Below, piece by piece: positions 1 to 14,730 of a stretch of DNA of 64,000 bases (within the stretch, counting starts at the first letter, position 1; the number at the start of each line of letters is the position of its first letter). This DNA is from Nageia nagi (lineage: Eukaryota > Plantae > Pinophyta). The notes beneath the pieces were generated by a model, which was not told the DNA's origin, did no database searches, and was given only the letters and a program-made list of their open reading frames with translations. Both the position numbers and the translations under genes were made by a program. The stretch is from NCBI GenBank assembly GCA_050084985.1, contig JBITNC010000002.1:23622001-23686000 (forward strand), written 5' to 3'.

Positions 1-1100
1 AACCATACTACATCATTCAAAAAGTTCCTATTACCTATCTCTGGTGAGCACTTGAAAGGTAAAACTTCTTGATAATAATTAACAAATACTTGAGCAATAC
101 ATATGTATTAATGACTCTAATAAGCCCATCATTGATGGATTTGAATTAAATAAAAGACCTTACAGGAAAAGGTCTCTAAAAACATTCTTTGGTGATCTTG
201 TCGCTAATTTTGATCTAGTGTAGACAAGCATATATTTTGGTCCATTTAGCCTCATAAACTTTAAATTTATGAATTTCATACCTAATAATGATATCATGTT
301 ATTGAAGGGGACACTTAAAGGATTGGTTTCTAGATAAACCAATGACATAGGAAATTCATCACAAAGAGAATGGTTGGCATGTTTGCAAAATTAAGAAAGC
401 TTGATACCAAGAACTCAAAGAATTAAATTAGTGTAACATAAGACATCATTCCACCATTATATTCAATTTTGTATTTCAAAAGGGCTAGGAGCAAGGTTCT
501 AAACCTAGTAGATATGCACCATAATGGTTAGATATTGTTAGAAAAAAAATATTAAACAAAAAAAAAGAATAAAATATTTTGAGGCATTAACAACTCTACT
601 AAATATAAAAAATAATAGGCATGTGTTTGGAAAAGTTTTTTTAGGAATGACAACAATAGGAGGAGTTGAGCTAGTAACTTTATAAAAAATGATTTGGGGT
701 TTCTCTAAAAGCATAGCATAATCCAACTAGTTAAGGACTATGTCCTCTCCTACCTTAAAGTTACACCAAGTATGCCAAATAAAATTGGTAAAGTCATTGG
801 TAGTATGACATGAAATAAAGCTACCTACCACCATAAAGAGGTTCTATCAAGGCCATGACTAGAAGCATAAATATTAGGGATTCCAAATGGTTTCCTATCA
901 ATATCAAAAAGGGTCCACACCACTTGATTTGAGGGATCCACTCCCTTGGAAATTAACATCATTTTCCAATTAGATGACACAATAGTGAATGCACCACCTC
1001 TACCATGGTAATGATTGGTAGCATACAATGAGGTAACCTAACATAGAAAAGAGCATACACATTCTAAATTAAATCAAAGATCTTAAGTTCTTGGAGACAC
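1..1100 (-). mobile_element. L1-like LINE fragment (endonuclease region and linker), decayed
   Basis: Minus-strand translation gives APE-endonuclease-like motifs: GGAFTIVSS..VWTLFDID..NIYASSH..RTSLW (ORF 825-1028), HTWCNF..LDYAM, and an SDH-position KHMPII. Many stops. Confidence 0.7.
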
Positions 1101-3198
1101 AAGTCATCGAATGTTTTGTACTGAGAAGAATTTTTTTTAATTTAATGTGAATTAAATATTTATGAATTAGATTTTTAAGTCCTATTACATTGCAATACAT
1201 AATAATCATTGAGTATCATCGAGGTGTATATCACCATTAAACTCATCTAGGTCAGCATTTTCCATTACAAGATCCTTAGTATCACCTAACTCTCCCAAAG
1301 AGAAGTAGGGATTCACAAGGAAGTTGACAGGGTTGAAACCAACAAACATATTGAATGAGCATTTTTCATGACATCCATTTTATATTTTTTATAACAACAT
1401 AACCTTTCATATATATCTTCTTTTCTTCATTCATGTGTACTCTTATTTTACTTTTCATTCCAATCAATGGATTTTCTCCTTTGCCAATCTATAAACCATA
1501 TTGAAATTAAGTAACTTTTATTCATCATGCAACGATCCTTTCCCTACTCCCATCCATTTTCTTATTTCTCTATACTTTTATTTTATATACTATATAAAAT
1601 TTTCAACTAAGTTTATTTGATGTTCCTTGGATTTGTAAGCAAAATATCTCTTTTAAAACTTAAATCTTCATTTTTCAATTTCAAATACTTTATTGTTAGT
1701 ATCCATGTCATAAAAAAAATATTATATTTATTATATTGTTATTTCTTATGATGTATTTAGTGTTATTATGTGCTTTTGTATTTCAGGTAATATCCACACT
1801 CTCATAATATTCCATGTATTTATGATATTTAGCATAGGAAACATATCACTTAGAAGAATTAAAATATTGATTGATATAGTATTTTAAGATAACCATTAAC
1901 TTTATTTTGATTATTTACCATAATCTGATTTTATGCTTGTAGGAACTCACAAATGCAGAGATTACTATGCGTAGGAATAAAAGGTGTTAAAGGCCTAAGA
2001 ATCATAGGTACATTATTATGTTAAATTGTATTAACTTATTTTGTTATTTTATTTCTCAATAGTTCTATTAAAGTTATTTTTTTATGAAAAATATATATGA
2101 TTTTTTACTACATAAAAATAGTATAATTGATTTGAAGGTTTTTTCATAGAGATTTTCATTTATACAATTCAAAAGAAAAATGTAGTTTTAAATGGTTATC
2201 AAAATATATATACATGCCATACAAAACATAAACATTAGAAATATTTATTAGTGCATATTGTTCATGATTTACTAAGTGGTTAAATGCTTTTTTATATATG
2301 GACAAGTAGATGATAAATATTTATTTTTATTGAGTTAGAAATATGATTAACATTCTTATGTATCTTATTAATGTTACTCAAAATAATTATCTTCATTTCT
2401 ATTAGGCTTTTTATGTATACCATCATTGAGTTTCCACTCTTTATTAGCTAGACTATTCTAGAGCTTTTTCACTATAACATTTTCTTGGCATAAACTTCAT
2501 TATTTAATAATGGTGATTTACCTTTCCATACCATAAAACATAATCATACATTAAGAGAGATTATAAATATTGAAGGATTAAACTTTTCAAATATGTAACC
2601 ATGAAGCTTCATTGATTTATATTTTCATTATTTATTTACCATGTACACAATATTTATTTATAATAGATAAATCTCTTTTAATTTAAAATTATCCTTTAAA
2701 AGTATTAGAGTGTTTGATTATCTAGTGCTTGTTAGTTGACTATAATTCAAATTCATATGCAAGTCAACCTTAAAACATTAAAGAATACCAAATAGATGTT
2801 TTATCAATTCATATTAGCATTAATCACCATCATATATACTCCCCATTTATTCACATTAGATACATATTTTTCAAATAAAAATTTACTACTATGTATGATC
2901 ATTCAATACTTATCATATTGCTCATTTAATATCTATAATGGTAGATTTTTACAAACCAATAATATACTACCATTAGTGATCCTAAAATAATAAAAATAAT
3001 AATAAAATGTAAGAAATAATTATTTTTTTGGAATAATATAATATTGATTAATGACAACATTATCCATATGTTAAACACCACTAGTGGGAAGAAAAAATTA
3101 TATATTTAGTTGAATATAATTAACAAAATAGAATTGGCTTACTATATGATAATTTTACTTCTAAATTTGTATTATAATGGTTATCTCATTCCAATCAT

Positions 3199-3305
3199 GC
3201 TAATTTATCATATATTTATAGAATAGTCCTAATTTATCAATTACTTAAAGAATATTCCTAATTTATTAAGCACTTAATGAATATTCCTAATTTATAAGTC
3301 ATTAT
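3199..3305. repeat. Degenerate ~29-bp tandem repeat, ~4 copies
   Basis: Recurring cctaatttat..acttaa.gaatatt unit. Confidence 0.7.
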
Positions 3306-3449
3306 CTAGATCTCAATCTTTCGTAGGAACATAAAAATCCTAGTAAGAAAAATCTATGTGGACCCAAATAACTTTATACAAAGAATTGATATAATGATCA
3401 ATAATCACCTATAAATAGCTTGAATCCATTACAAATTTATCCATTTGTA

Positions 3450-3848
3450 TGGATATCCTAAGCCAAGCATAAAACAATATTGCAAATTTATTAACTACTA
3501 AAAAAATCTTAGATGGAATATAGTATGATACAATAGCTTGATTGTGGGTGTTCAAAATATGGAATATAATGCTAATATAAAAGATGATATAATATTCAAC
3601 TATAGGAATGGAAAATATATGTTATTCCCTTTGAAGGACTTATTTCTATGAAAAATAATTGTGTATAAAAGATTAAAAAATGGTTCGATCCAAATTGAAG
3701 TAGACTTTGCTATTGGGAAAAGCCAAAAAAGTATGTAAAATATTTTAAGAATAAATGAATAAGAAACAAGTAAGATTCACAAATTCAATATTTTTAAGGC
3801 TTTTTTCCAATAGGATACTATGCGATAAAAGGACACCAAGAAAGAAAA
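3450..3848 (-). mobile_element. 3' part (zf-RVT region) of the LINE split by copia A
   Basis: FLGVLLSHSILLEKSLKNIEFVNLTCFL..NILHTFLAFPIAKS resembles zf-RVT and continues the reading KKI*ENYIEPK*GF that ends at 14731, on the other side of element A. Confidence 0.7.
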
Positions 3849-4205
3849 TGTAAATGGAACAAGGATCCAATGGATCATTCCATACATGCAAGAACAAAGA
3901 AGTCAAGATAATCATAGAAAATCCAAAGATATAATAGCTTGCATTGAAAAATATACAAGATAAACCTTGATTAAATAAGAAAGGATGAGTAATGTGGATA
4001 AATATCCACCATGCAACAAAAGGTGCTATAAGAGCCATGAATTATGGCTCGATACAATCAACTAAATCATAGCCCTCAAAACATACCTAACCGAGCTAGG
4101 TAATATCTCCCTTATATAGAAAATTGATAAATGAATTACCCTCATATATGGGTGAGAAATAAATCAAATAACTATACTATTGAATTTAATATAGCTACTC
4201 TAACA
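3849..4205 (-). repeat. 3' LTR of copia A
   Basis: TG..CA termini; colinear with 13995-14730 once the insertion there is removed; degraded PPT adjacent on the right. Confidence 0.85.
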
Positions 4206-4439
4206 TGCCCATTAAATGATATAAGGAATTAATATCAAAAACTTAACCACAAATAAGAAACTAGCAAGATTTATAAAGATTTAGTCTCGAAAATAAGGCT
4301 TGATAAGGTACACTCATGTACAATAGTTATAACATAAATATGAATAACTCATGTACATGATGAAAAATAACATAGAAAAAACCATCTAGTAGAAGAGGAA
4401 AAGGTGGAGAGGAAGGAGTCCTCATCAAACCCCCCTCAA

Positions 4440-5320
4440 TAAAAAACTTCCTTTATGCATACAAAGCCACACAAATCAAGAAAAAAAGGTAATGCAAAAG
4501 GTTTAGTGAAGATATCTGCAATTTACCATTGAGTAAAAATATGCTCAATGCTAAGTATACCATCATGTATGTGTTGGAGGATAAAATACATATGAACCTC
4601 AATGTTCTTGGTGTGTTAATGCTCAATAGGGTTATGAGAGATGTGGATGGCACTTTGGTTTTCACTCCAAAGAACTATAGCTTGATCGTGGGTAAAATCA
4701 AACTCCTTAAATAATTATCAAATTAAAAGAGCCTCATTAATAGTAGTAACAATTGCCTTGTACTCTACCTCTATAGAAGAAAGTGAAATCCAAGAAATGG
4801 GACAAGTGCTAAGATAAAACAGGTAGAGCAATGATCATTAGGAGAACCAACCTAATAAGAATCAATGTAGCCAACCAACACTAGATCACATCTAGTAAAG
4901 TGCAAACCAAAGTGTGTAGTGTCCATCATATAGCAAAGACTCCTCTTTGATGCATATCCATGAGAATCACTAGGGGACTAACCAAATCAAGAAATAAGCC
5001 CAATAATGTAAGAAATATCAAGTCATGTGGGAGAGATATAAATGAATCCCAACCAAATGATGATAAAAAGTAGCATCATGCAGAGGTGAAGTGCAAGAGG
5101 AAGTCAAAGTTACCCCCATTATTGAAGAAGATCCAAGGCATACTTCTGCTATGATATTGGAATCCTTGAATCTAATTGAGTCACTTTAAATATAAGAAAA
5201 TAATGATAAAATCAAAGGTTTACCATCTCAAAATGATAAAAGAGTGACTGCTGCATAGATTGAATGTGAGATATGGAGTTAACAGTGAGAAGCAAATCAT
5301 CAACATACAACACAAGTATT
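4440..5320 (-). pseudogene. Copia A RT C-terminus and RNase H remnant
   Basis: YVDD motif near 5300; RNase H-like HQEH*GSYVF..QIADIFTKP near 4500-4620. Confidence 0.8.
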
Positions 5321-8300
5321 TGTTATTTTTTGAGCCTAATTAGTTATATTTTATTATAAGTGAAAAGGTCCTATACTACTCCAAATAAGCTAAAATTTTG
5401 TATGCAGATTCTACACAACTAGAGCTTTCTAACGATCCAAATGATGTATAAAATAAAGCTCTAGATCAAAAGATATGAGTTATACATGTTGAATATATTT
5501 GGAGGACTACAATTATGTTTTTAACTAGGATATAATTGGAGAGGTTATATATGGGTGGTTTAACCAATGGTCTTTTAACCTATGTTACGATTTAGGGTTG
5601 TGTGAGTCTCTATATATATAATTTTAATAATATTATGTAGTAGTATTATCATTGTATGAGAGAGGAGGCAAGAGACATTAGAGTTTGATATTGGTGTATT
5701 GAAAAGGAAGTATAGCAAGGGTTTGTTGTCATATAAATCCCTTCATTGCTAGACTATATAGTCATTGGGGATGGACATTCTTTGAGGATGTAGCCCATAT
5801 TTGTTGAACCTCATTAAATATTTGTCTCTATTCTTGAATGGATGTAATTTTTGTTCTTACATTAGATCTATCTGTTATTTATTTCTTCTACATAAATTTT
5901 ATTTTTGCTATGAAGAGTAGGAAATATCTCATATCATTATTTCATAAATTCCTAACAATTGGTATCATAATAATATTTTGGTACATGGATCACTCACAGA
6001 AGGATTTTCTATTTGAGTAGGAGCAATGGTTGAAGAAGAAAAATTCAAGATTGAAAAATTCAATGACCATAATTTTTAGTGGTGGAAAGTACAATTTAAG
6101 GGCTATTTGTATCAAAAGGATCTTTATGAACCATTGGAAGAAAAGAAACCAAATTTCATGTCATATGAAGATTGTAAGATTATAGACATAAAAGCATTAA
6201 CTATAGTGAGATTGTGCATGACATCATAGGTATCCTTTACTATCTCAAAGGAGAAGACAACCATTGGATTTATGAAAATATTAGCTAAGTTATATAAAAA
6301 CCCTTGGCTTCTAATAAGATTTTTCTTATGAAGAAAATATTTAATATGAGAATATCTAAATATGGTTCTATTGTAGATCATTTGAATGAATTCAATATTT
6401 TCATTAGTGAGTTAAATTCTATTTATATAATCTTTGAATATGGAATTAGGTCTCTTCTATTCTTGTGTTATTTCCTAGAAGGTTGGAATAACTTGTTTAT
6501 GGCTATGAGAAATACTATTTATGTAACATTGGTATTTAATGATATTATGAGTTGCATAATAAATGATAAAATATGTAGGAAAATTATATGTGAAGGATAA
6601 TATAGTAATGCATTATCCATTGATATAAGGGGTGGACAAAAATAAAGAGGAAGGATTCCTATTAGAGGAAGATCGACATCTAGAGGTAGATCTAAATTCA
6701 AGGGTAAATGGAAGTTAGAGTTTTGGCACTATGGTAAGAAAGGATATATCAGAAGAGATTGTTTAGGTCACAACAAGAATAAATAAGGAGAGGGAAAATA
6801 ACAAAATGAACAAGGACCAAATGTTTCTAGTACAAATGATTAAGTGTACAATGATCTATGTCTTTTTGCACTAGTAGATGCTAAGTCTAAAGTATGGTTT
6901 TTAGACTCAGGTGCTTCTTATTATTGGACCTCTCATAGAGAACATTTTCATAAGTATATTCATGATGATTATGGGCATGCTACTATTACAAATGGACAAG
7001 TTCATAAAATATTTAGAAAGGTAAAATTCTATTAAGATTGACCAATGGTGGTTATTTATCATTATATGATGCTAGACACATATCATATTTGAAGAAAAAC
7101 CTCATTTCAATAAGTACTTTAGAATAAGGGCTAGTTTATGAGTTTTAGTGATATTTAATGGAAGGTGACTAAAGGGATATGGTAGTAACAAAAGGTAAGA
7201 AGGTTGGTATATTGTATATACTTACTAGTACATAGATGATGAAAAATCCATACTATGGCATCACATGTGTTCATTTAGAGTTTTTTTAGCATTGTGTCTA
7301 TGGAAAGTAAAAGAGAGTAATTTTTCAAAAAGATGTAAATGAGAAGAATAAAGAAAGATTGGAGCTAGTTTACATGGATGTTTAGGGACCTACCCAGGTA
7401 AACTATTTTAGTGGTAATTTTTATTTATGAATTTTATAAATGATGCAAGTAGGAAGACATGGATATTTTCTATTAAGATAAAGTCTAAAAATTTTTTTAT
7501 ATTTTTAAGAAGTGAAAAGATTTTTTTGAAAATGACACAAGATAAATATCTAAAGTCTAACAATGGTGGAGAGTATTGTAATGAGAATAAGAAGAAACAT
7601 GATTATAAATTACATAAGTATGCATTCATTGGGTATGGTGTTGATGATTTTGGTTATCATTTATAGGATTATGAACATAACAAGTCATTAGGATTAGAGA
7701 TATGATGTTAAATGAGAAATGCATGTAAAGTATTGGTTGTAGGAAAAGGAAATTGGAAAGAAAAATTCAAAGTATATAGTACTTAATGATATCAATGGTG
7801 GAAATAAACCTAGAGTGTAGGAAAATCCAAAAAATTCATATAAAAGTGGAGATGAATTTGTAAGTGAGAGTGATTATAATCTTCAACAATAGGTGCTAGA
7901 ATTTCTTATTCTTAGAAGACCCACATGAGTAAGTAGACCTCCAAATAGATACACCTTAGCTTTGCATTATGTTTTGTATATTGATTTTGGTGAACTAGAA
8001 AGTTATCAAGAAACAATGCAGCATGAATCTAGGTTGGAGTAGGAACAAGTCATGAATGAGAAGATGGTCTCATTGGAACAAAATCAATGATTTTTCTACT
8101 TAGAAAGAAAGCATTATACAACAAATGGGTATACATGGTGAAAGATAAAGTTGGAGGAACAAAGAGGTAAAAAGCAAGGCTTATGATGAAAGGATATGCA
8201 CAAAAGAAAGGTATTAATTTCTACAAAATATTTTCTTCTATTGTAAAAATAACTTAAATTCATCATATTTTGAGTATACTGGATGCATAGGATTTACATA

Positions 8301-10136
8301 TTGAACAATTAGATGTTAAAACAACATTTCTCCATGATGATTTGAATGGGGAAATATATATGTATCAACCTAAAGGTTTTGAAATCAAGGGGAAAGACAA
8401 GTTAGTTTTTATTTTGAAGAAGATATTATATGGCATCAAGCAATCTCAAAGGAAATGATAATTGGAATTTTATTGGTTTATACAAGATTTAAATTTTGTA
8501 AGATATCATTGTGATCATTATGTATATTTTCATAAATTTGAAAATAAAGATTTCATAATCTTGTCTTTGTATGTAGATGCCATGCTTGTTACAGGGTTAA
8601 ATATACAAAGGATCAATGAATTAAATAAAAAATATGGTAAGTACATTTACCATGAAGGATTTGGCTGAGGTAAAATAAATTCATCATATGCAAATAATGA
8701 GAAACAAAAGAAAAAAAAATAGTTATCTAGAGTTGTGTATGTTGAGAACATTTTGAAGAGATTCAATATAGATAAAGTTAAACCAATTGCTACTCCATTG
8801 GTAAATCATTTCAGGCTCTCAAGGGAGAAGTATTGTAAGACACATGAGGAGAGGAAGTACATATTTAGAGTTCCATATTCTTCAACTATTAAATGTTTGA
8901 TATATTCTATGGTGTGCACTAGATAATATATTTTAGGGGTAATAATATTTATGTGAAAGGCTATATTGATTCATATCATTAAGGTGCTATAGATAGTGTG
9001 AGGAGCACCAGATATGTGTTTACTATAGGATGAACTACAATAAGTTGAATTTCAAAATTATAACAGGTAGTTGCACTCATAATAATAGGGACTGCATATG
9101 TTTCTATCATTGAGGCTACCAAGGAGATTATATGGCTTTAAATATTTATGGAAGACTTGGGAAGAGGGAAAATGAACAACAAATTGTGGAGTAATAATCA
9201 AAGTACTATCAATATGAAAAGAAACATATTATTCCATTCTAGGACCAAGCATATTCAGTTGAGGTATCACTTCATATGGTCAATGTTAGAGAGTGATCAA
9301 ATGAAGTTGAATAAGATTAATGGTAGCAAGAATCATGTATGTATGTTAAAGAAGGTTGTTGATAGGGCAAAGTTGGGCCTTTACTAAGTTTTGGTTGTTC
9401 TTGGAGGATAAATCCAAGATTTGATAATATTCAATCATGTAGGTTGGATAATTTTTAATATGGTCTACCAATTATTCTCCAAATGGGAGATTATTATTTG
9501 TGTATCCTAATCAACTACATTTTATGATAGTTGAAAAACCAACAATTTATGCTTTTCAAAATGAGATGAAATTTTGTATGTGGACTCTACACATCTAGAT
9601 ATTTCCAATGGTTCAAAGAAAATGCAAAACAAAGATCTAGATCAAAATATATGAGTTGTACAAGTTAACTATTTTTGGAGGAATACAATTACATTTTTAA
9701 CTAAGAGATATTTGGAGAGGTTGTTGTATATAGGTGGTTTAACCAACAATATTTTAACTCATGTTATTGTTTAGAGTTAAGTGACTCTCTATATATATGA
9801 TTGTAATAATATTATATAGTATTATTATCATTGTATGAGAGAGGAGGTGATAGAGATTAGAGTTTGTAATTTTTGTATTTAAGAGGAAGTGTAGCAAGGG
9901 TTTCTTTCTTTGTAGATCCCTTCATGACTAAACTATATAATTTTTCTAGATATATATTCTCCAAGGATGTAGGCCACATTTGGTGAACATAATTAAATGT
10001 TTTTCTCTATTCTTGAATGGATGTGATTTGTGTTCTTACATTATATATTTTTATTATTTATTTATTTTGCATAAATTTTATTTCCATTACAAAGAGTAGG
10101 ATATTGCTCATATCTGTATTTCATAAATTCCTAATA
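5321..10136 (+). mobile_element. Ty1/copia element B (Tork/Tnt1-like), nested in the RT of A
   Basis: LTRs at 5321-5957 and 9492-10136; PBS tggtatca at 5960; PPT aaatgggagat before 9492; gag EEKFKIEKFN..WKVQ..YLYQKDL, WFLDSGAS, NNGGEYC, LYVDAML, FHSRTKHIQLRYHFI. No clean TSD. Confidence 0.9.
6026..9400 (+). pseudogene. Copia B gag-pol, heavily decayed, with an integrase deletion near 7580
   Basis: Fragmentary ORFs 6304-9387; the sequence jumps from GGEYC directly to the K..K.AFIGY segment. Confidence 0.8.
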
Positions 10137-13130
10137 TGAACATGATGTGGTCGCTATCTCTCTAGATGTAGATAGTAGGATCAAACTAACACAATACAAA
10201 ACCAATGCAAAGGAGAAAAGATTTTATCTTCTTATACCAAGATTGAGGTGCTTATTTGAGGTGATAGAGAGCCTTTCTAAGGTAAAAAACAAGTGAAGGA
10301 TCCTTGAGAAATGTAGCACATTGCTCCATATAAATACCCTCCTGCAAATCATTGTGTATAAAGGAAATCTTCACATCCATTAGATAAATAGGCTATCCCT
10401 AATATGTAGTTAGATAAAGAATAAGGAAAATAAAATTCATCTTAGCCACAAGGGAAAAGGTATTAGAGTAGTTAATCTCTTCAACCTAGGAAAATACGAT
10501 GGCATTGAGATGAACCTTAAACTTACCAACAAAATAATCAACATAAAATATAGTTCAATACACCCATTTAAATAAAATCAACTGCATTCCATTGGGAAGG
10601 GGAAAAAGATCCCAAGTCTCATTTTTCATCAAAGAAGAATATTTTGTTACAATGGTCTCATCCCACTCTAGAAGCATATAAGCCTTTAGAAAAGTTAGTG
10701 GGTCTCTTGAAATAGCCTAATCAACTAGTTTAGAACTAATAAAATAATGACAAGGGGGAGGTAGATCCTTAATAAATGGTATTGTATCCTTAATTATCAA
10801 ATGAGCCAATTTAGGCAAGGGAGGAGGAGTCTCAAGTGCAATGAGATGATCATAAACTATATAAGAAGAAACAATAGCTAGAATATCAACCACATCAATA
10901 GTCATGTCATGTTATTCATCATGTAAAACTAGAGATAAAGAGGAAGAAGAGTGAGAACAAGGATTAGGATGTTGCTTATTAAACTAAACATGAGTACAAA
11001 AGTAGATACCATGTGCATCTAAATTCAATAATTGATAAGCCTTTATATCCTCATTATAGCTAACACATATGAATGGCTTATAATTCCTATTCAAAGCCTT
11101 ATGTTGAGTCTTTAGAATATGATCCCAAGCATGACTACCAAAAACCCTGAAGAGAGATGCTTGACACTTGTGTCCAATACAAGCCTCTTTAGAATTTATG
11201 TATTCAAGTGCATGATGTGGAGTATGATTCTAAATGAAATTCACATAATTAACTACCTCTACCCAAAAAAATAGGAGATAAATCTTGAGAATGCATCATT
11301 CAGTTAGCAATCTCATTCTAAAAAGTTTTGTTCTATCTTTCTACAACCCCATTTTGATATGGAGTATGATGAATTGAATGTTGATGAATAATACTTGATG
11401 TCGTAAGGAAATTAGAGAACTCTTTGCTAAAATATTCCCCCATTATTTATATGAAGTTTCTTGATGCAATTAGAATCCTAGTTCTTGACCAAAGCCTTGA
11501 ATACCTTGAATTGAGAAAATACCTCACTCTTGTACTTGAGAAAGTATACCTAAGTACATCTCGAGAAATCATCAATGAATGTAAGTGCACACCCAATTCT
11601 AGTGAAGGATAGATGAGGAAATACGATCAAGTTATTATGAATAAGCTTTAAAGGTGAAGATGAATGATGAGATTTGCCTTTTAGAAATGGATCTTGATTT
11701 TGCCTAGCAAGTTCACAATAAGGAAAAATATTATCAACACAAGAAACTTTAGGCAAACTAGATACCATATCCTAAGTGCTCAACTATTATAAACACTTGT
11801 AGTTGAAATGGTCAAATCTCTCATGCCAAAATCTACTCACTAAATCTACATGAGTAATAAACCCAATACGAATAGTAATCTCATTAATGATTTCAAAATG
11901 ATAGAGTGTCAAAGAGTAATCAACAACACCCCATGCTATCAAGGACTGTGATTATAGAAAACTATGAATCTCAAAACCTTTTGGAGTAAACAAAATAGTT
12001 CACCTACTACCAAGATTATAAATATGATATACAAATACTAATTTGTTGATAATATTAGAAATAAAGAGTAAATCATTGATGTGACCATTGTGAAGTATAA
12101 TATCCCCCTTCCTCATAATAAAAATGAAAGAGGAATCACCACCTTTAATCCTAGAAATATAACTAAAACCAAGAGATGAAAAAGAATTCTTTCAAAAAGT
12201 AATATAGTGAGTGGCATCATAATTTATCACCCAAATCTCTAAAGTACAAATAGACCATCCATGAACATTCATTGCCTTACTTGAACCATGGGAATCAATA
12301 AAACTGTATTTCTTTTTTTGACATTATTAATCCTTTTTCAAAAAAAAATTAGTTAGGTGACCAACTCTTTCATAATAAGTATAAATAGGCTTCACCTTTG
12401 TTTGATAAGGAGTATCCTAACTGGGTTTGGAATCATTGGGTTTAGGATATTTTTATGGAGAAGGTGTAGTGGTATTAGGCTTAGACTTGTGCTTTGCCTT
12501 TACCTTTTCAATGTGATGTTGATAATGCCTTAGATGAAGAGGATGTCATCTTGAGAGTGGAAATTTTTGTTTCTTCCCTTATGAGATGCTCATAAAATTC
12601 TTCCAAATTAGGTATTATAAATTTGTCACTCATAACATACATTGTTTAGATAAATGTAGAAGAAAATACATGAAAAACACCTTTCAACTTTAACAAGATT
12701 AAGAATATACATTCATCCTCTTTCTCCTTTTTGCCATTACCCTTAAATTGTGTGTATAGCACCTTAAACTTAGTGATATAATCAACCATTGTGGGATAGT
12801 CATATGGATATAAAGCAATAAGTTTAGCATCAATTTGCATTGCCCTCATTGTATCAACTTTACCAAACAAAGATTCAAAATTATCCCATGCTTCATGTGG
12901 TGTAGTTATATTATCAAGATGAAACCACAAGCTCTCACTAACATTAGATTTGATTAACTCAAATGCTTTGCCAAGTGCCTTTGCAAAAGATCTATTTTCA
13001 TAATTTATCTTGAATGTACATTGTTTCTCCTTAATGACTGTGTTTAATCCTATTTGTACCAAGAGTACCAACACATGGATTTTATATGCGGTGTAAGATG
13101 CTTAATTCTGAATGTTGAGTCCATATATGT
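10137..13130 (-). pseudogene. Copia A gag, protease, integrase and RT N-terminal remnant
   Basis: ORF 12646-13074 (UBN2-type gag: TTPHEAWDNFESLFGK); ORF 11550-11768 (PLKLIHNNL..LTFIDDFSRCT). Confidence 0.85.
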
Positions 13131-13994
13131 CAAAGCACTAAGAAGAAACAAGGAACCAAACAAGCTAAAGATGCACTAAATCGGTACCAATACACTCTGC
13201 TTAAAAAATATTTTATTCACCAATTTATAAGATATAAGGCTAGAGCCAACAGATTCATGAGAAATAGGATAGAGTCACGATTCCAAGGCAAAAGGAACAG
13301 CGTAAAATCAACTTCGTATGTGGATTCTTCAAAATTAATTGTCTAAACCTAGGAGGGCTACGCACCACCTTTAGCTGATAACTGATACCGTTAAGGGTCC
13401 TCGTGTAGAGGAAGACATCAGAAAAGAACGCAAGGAACTACTATCACGGTCAAATCAGGTTAGGGGTGGCTGAGAGCAGTGAGATCTGTAGGTACAAGTG
13501 ATCCACAATTGTGGGCCACAACAATGCCATGAGTAGCTACCCACGATGTCCAACAACACACCATGAGCAAGTGATTTAAATGTTGGCTAGTGAATAAAGC
13601 TGTGTACTGGATTAGAACATGAAAACGCTGAGGATGGACCCATTAGCTACGTAGAATATCGAAACGTCGGGTGAGCCAATGATGGGTGGCTATTCACAGT
13701 GAAGCGGCTCACCATTATAAGCAAGGGAGGCTTGATAGGAGATGAAAATGATCTAGGCAACACGATTAGGTAAGAAGATGAACTTGTAGGCACAACATGA
13801 TTGATGGTGACATTAGTAGATCATGTGAGATGCCAGGCATAGGTGCATATGGAGGAACCAAAAAATATGTCAAGCAACGATCCACTGTTGGTAGGAAAAG
13901 ATGCTCCACAGGACGAAGACGTCGAGAAGAGCATCTTAAGAGAATGCAAATGGGCTCAGGGAAAATCTTCACTAGCTTAACTGCTTTGATACCA

Positions 13995-14730
13995 TGTAAG
14001 TGGAACCAGTATTCAATGGGTCATTCCACACATCCAAGAATAAAGGTTATAGTTAGCTGTTGGCTAGATAGGTGATTGATGGGATTCTTTGATAATCTCA
14101 TATAATTAGTTGTTTATTGCAAAGAAATAGTTGATTATGGTACAGAAATATTTGATTATCTCACAGAACAAAAATAGTGAAAGTGTATAGTCAAAAAATA
14201 TTCTAAGTGCTAGATTTTTTTAAAAGTAATTGCAAGGATTCAAAGCTAAGTCCATGTATTTTCAATACAATATTTTAACCACTATACAATCTTACCATTC
14301 ATCAAAACTACCCTTAATCGATAGTACTAATGGTTTGCATGTGGATTATTTATGTGAGATAGTCTACTATTTCTATGCAATAGTGAATGGGCCTACTCGT
14401 AAAACACAATATAGGCTACAGTTAACTCCACCGAAGAATAAAGCAATGAAGAGAATCATAAAAAAACCAAAGAGAAAATATCTTGCATTACTTGGTTAAA
14501 TAAGCAAGGATGAGTAATGTGGATAAATATCCATCATGCAAAGAGAGGTGCTATAAGAGCCATTGATTATGGGTAGGCACAACCAACTAAATCATACCCC
14601 TCAAAATATATCTAACCAAGCTAGGTAATATCTCTCTAGCATAGAAAATAGATAAATGAATTATCCTCACAAGTGGATGAGAAATAAATCAAATAATTAT
14701 ATTAGTTAGCTTAAGATAGCTACTCTAATA
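13995..14730 (-). repeat. 5' LTR of copia A, interrupted by a TIR element
   Basis: Adjacent to the PBS; matches 3849-4205 except for the 14045-14433 insert. Confidence 0.85.
14045..14433. mobile_element. Non-autonomous Mutator-like (MULE-MITE) insertion
   Basis: Absent from the sister LTR; flanked by the 9-bp direct repeat aagaataaa (14036-14044 and 14434-14442); degenerate TIR (17/25 by eye). Confidence 0.7.

Larger units (their letters stand above)
3849..14730 (-). mobile_element. Ty1/copia LTR retrotransposon A (old, full-length, carrying nested insertions)
   Basis: LTRs at 3849-4205 and 13995-14730; tRNA-Met PBS (revcomp TGGTATCAAAGC, 13983-13994); TSD gaaaa/taaaa; minus-strand gag, protease, integrase, RT (ILVLYVDDLLL at ~5290-5320) and RNase H remnants. 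Confidence 0.9.

Noticed and set aside
3079-3098. CACTAGTGG possible CACTA terminus
   Set aside because: No matching opposite TIR, TSD or transposase found.
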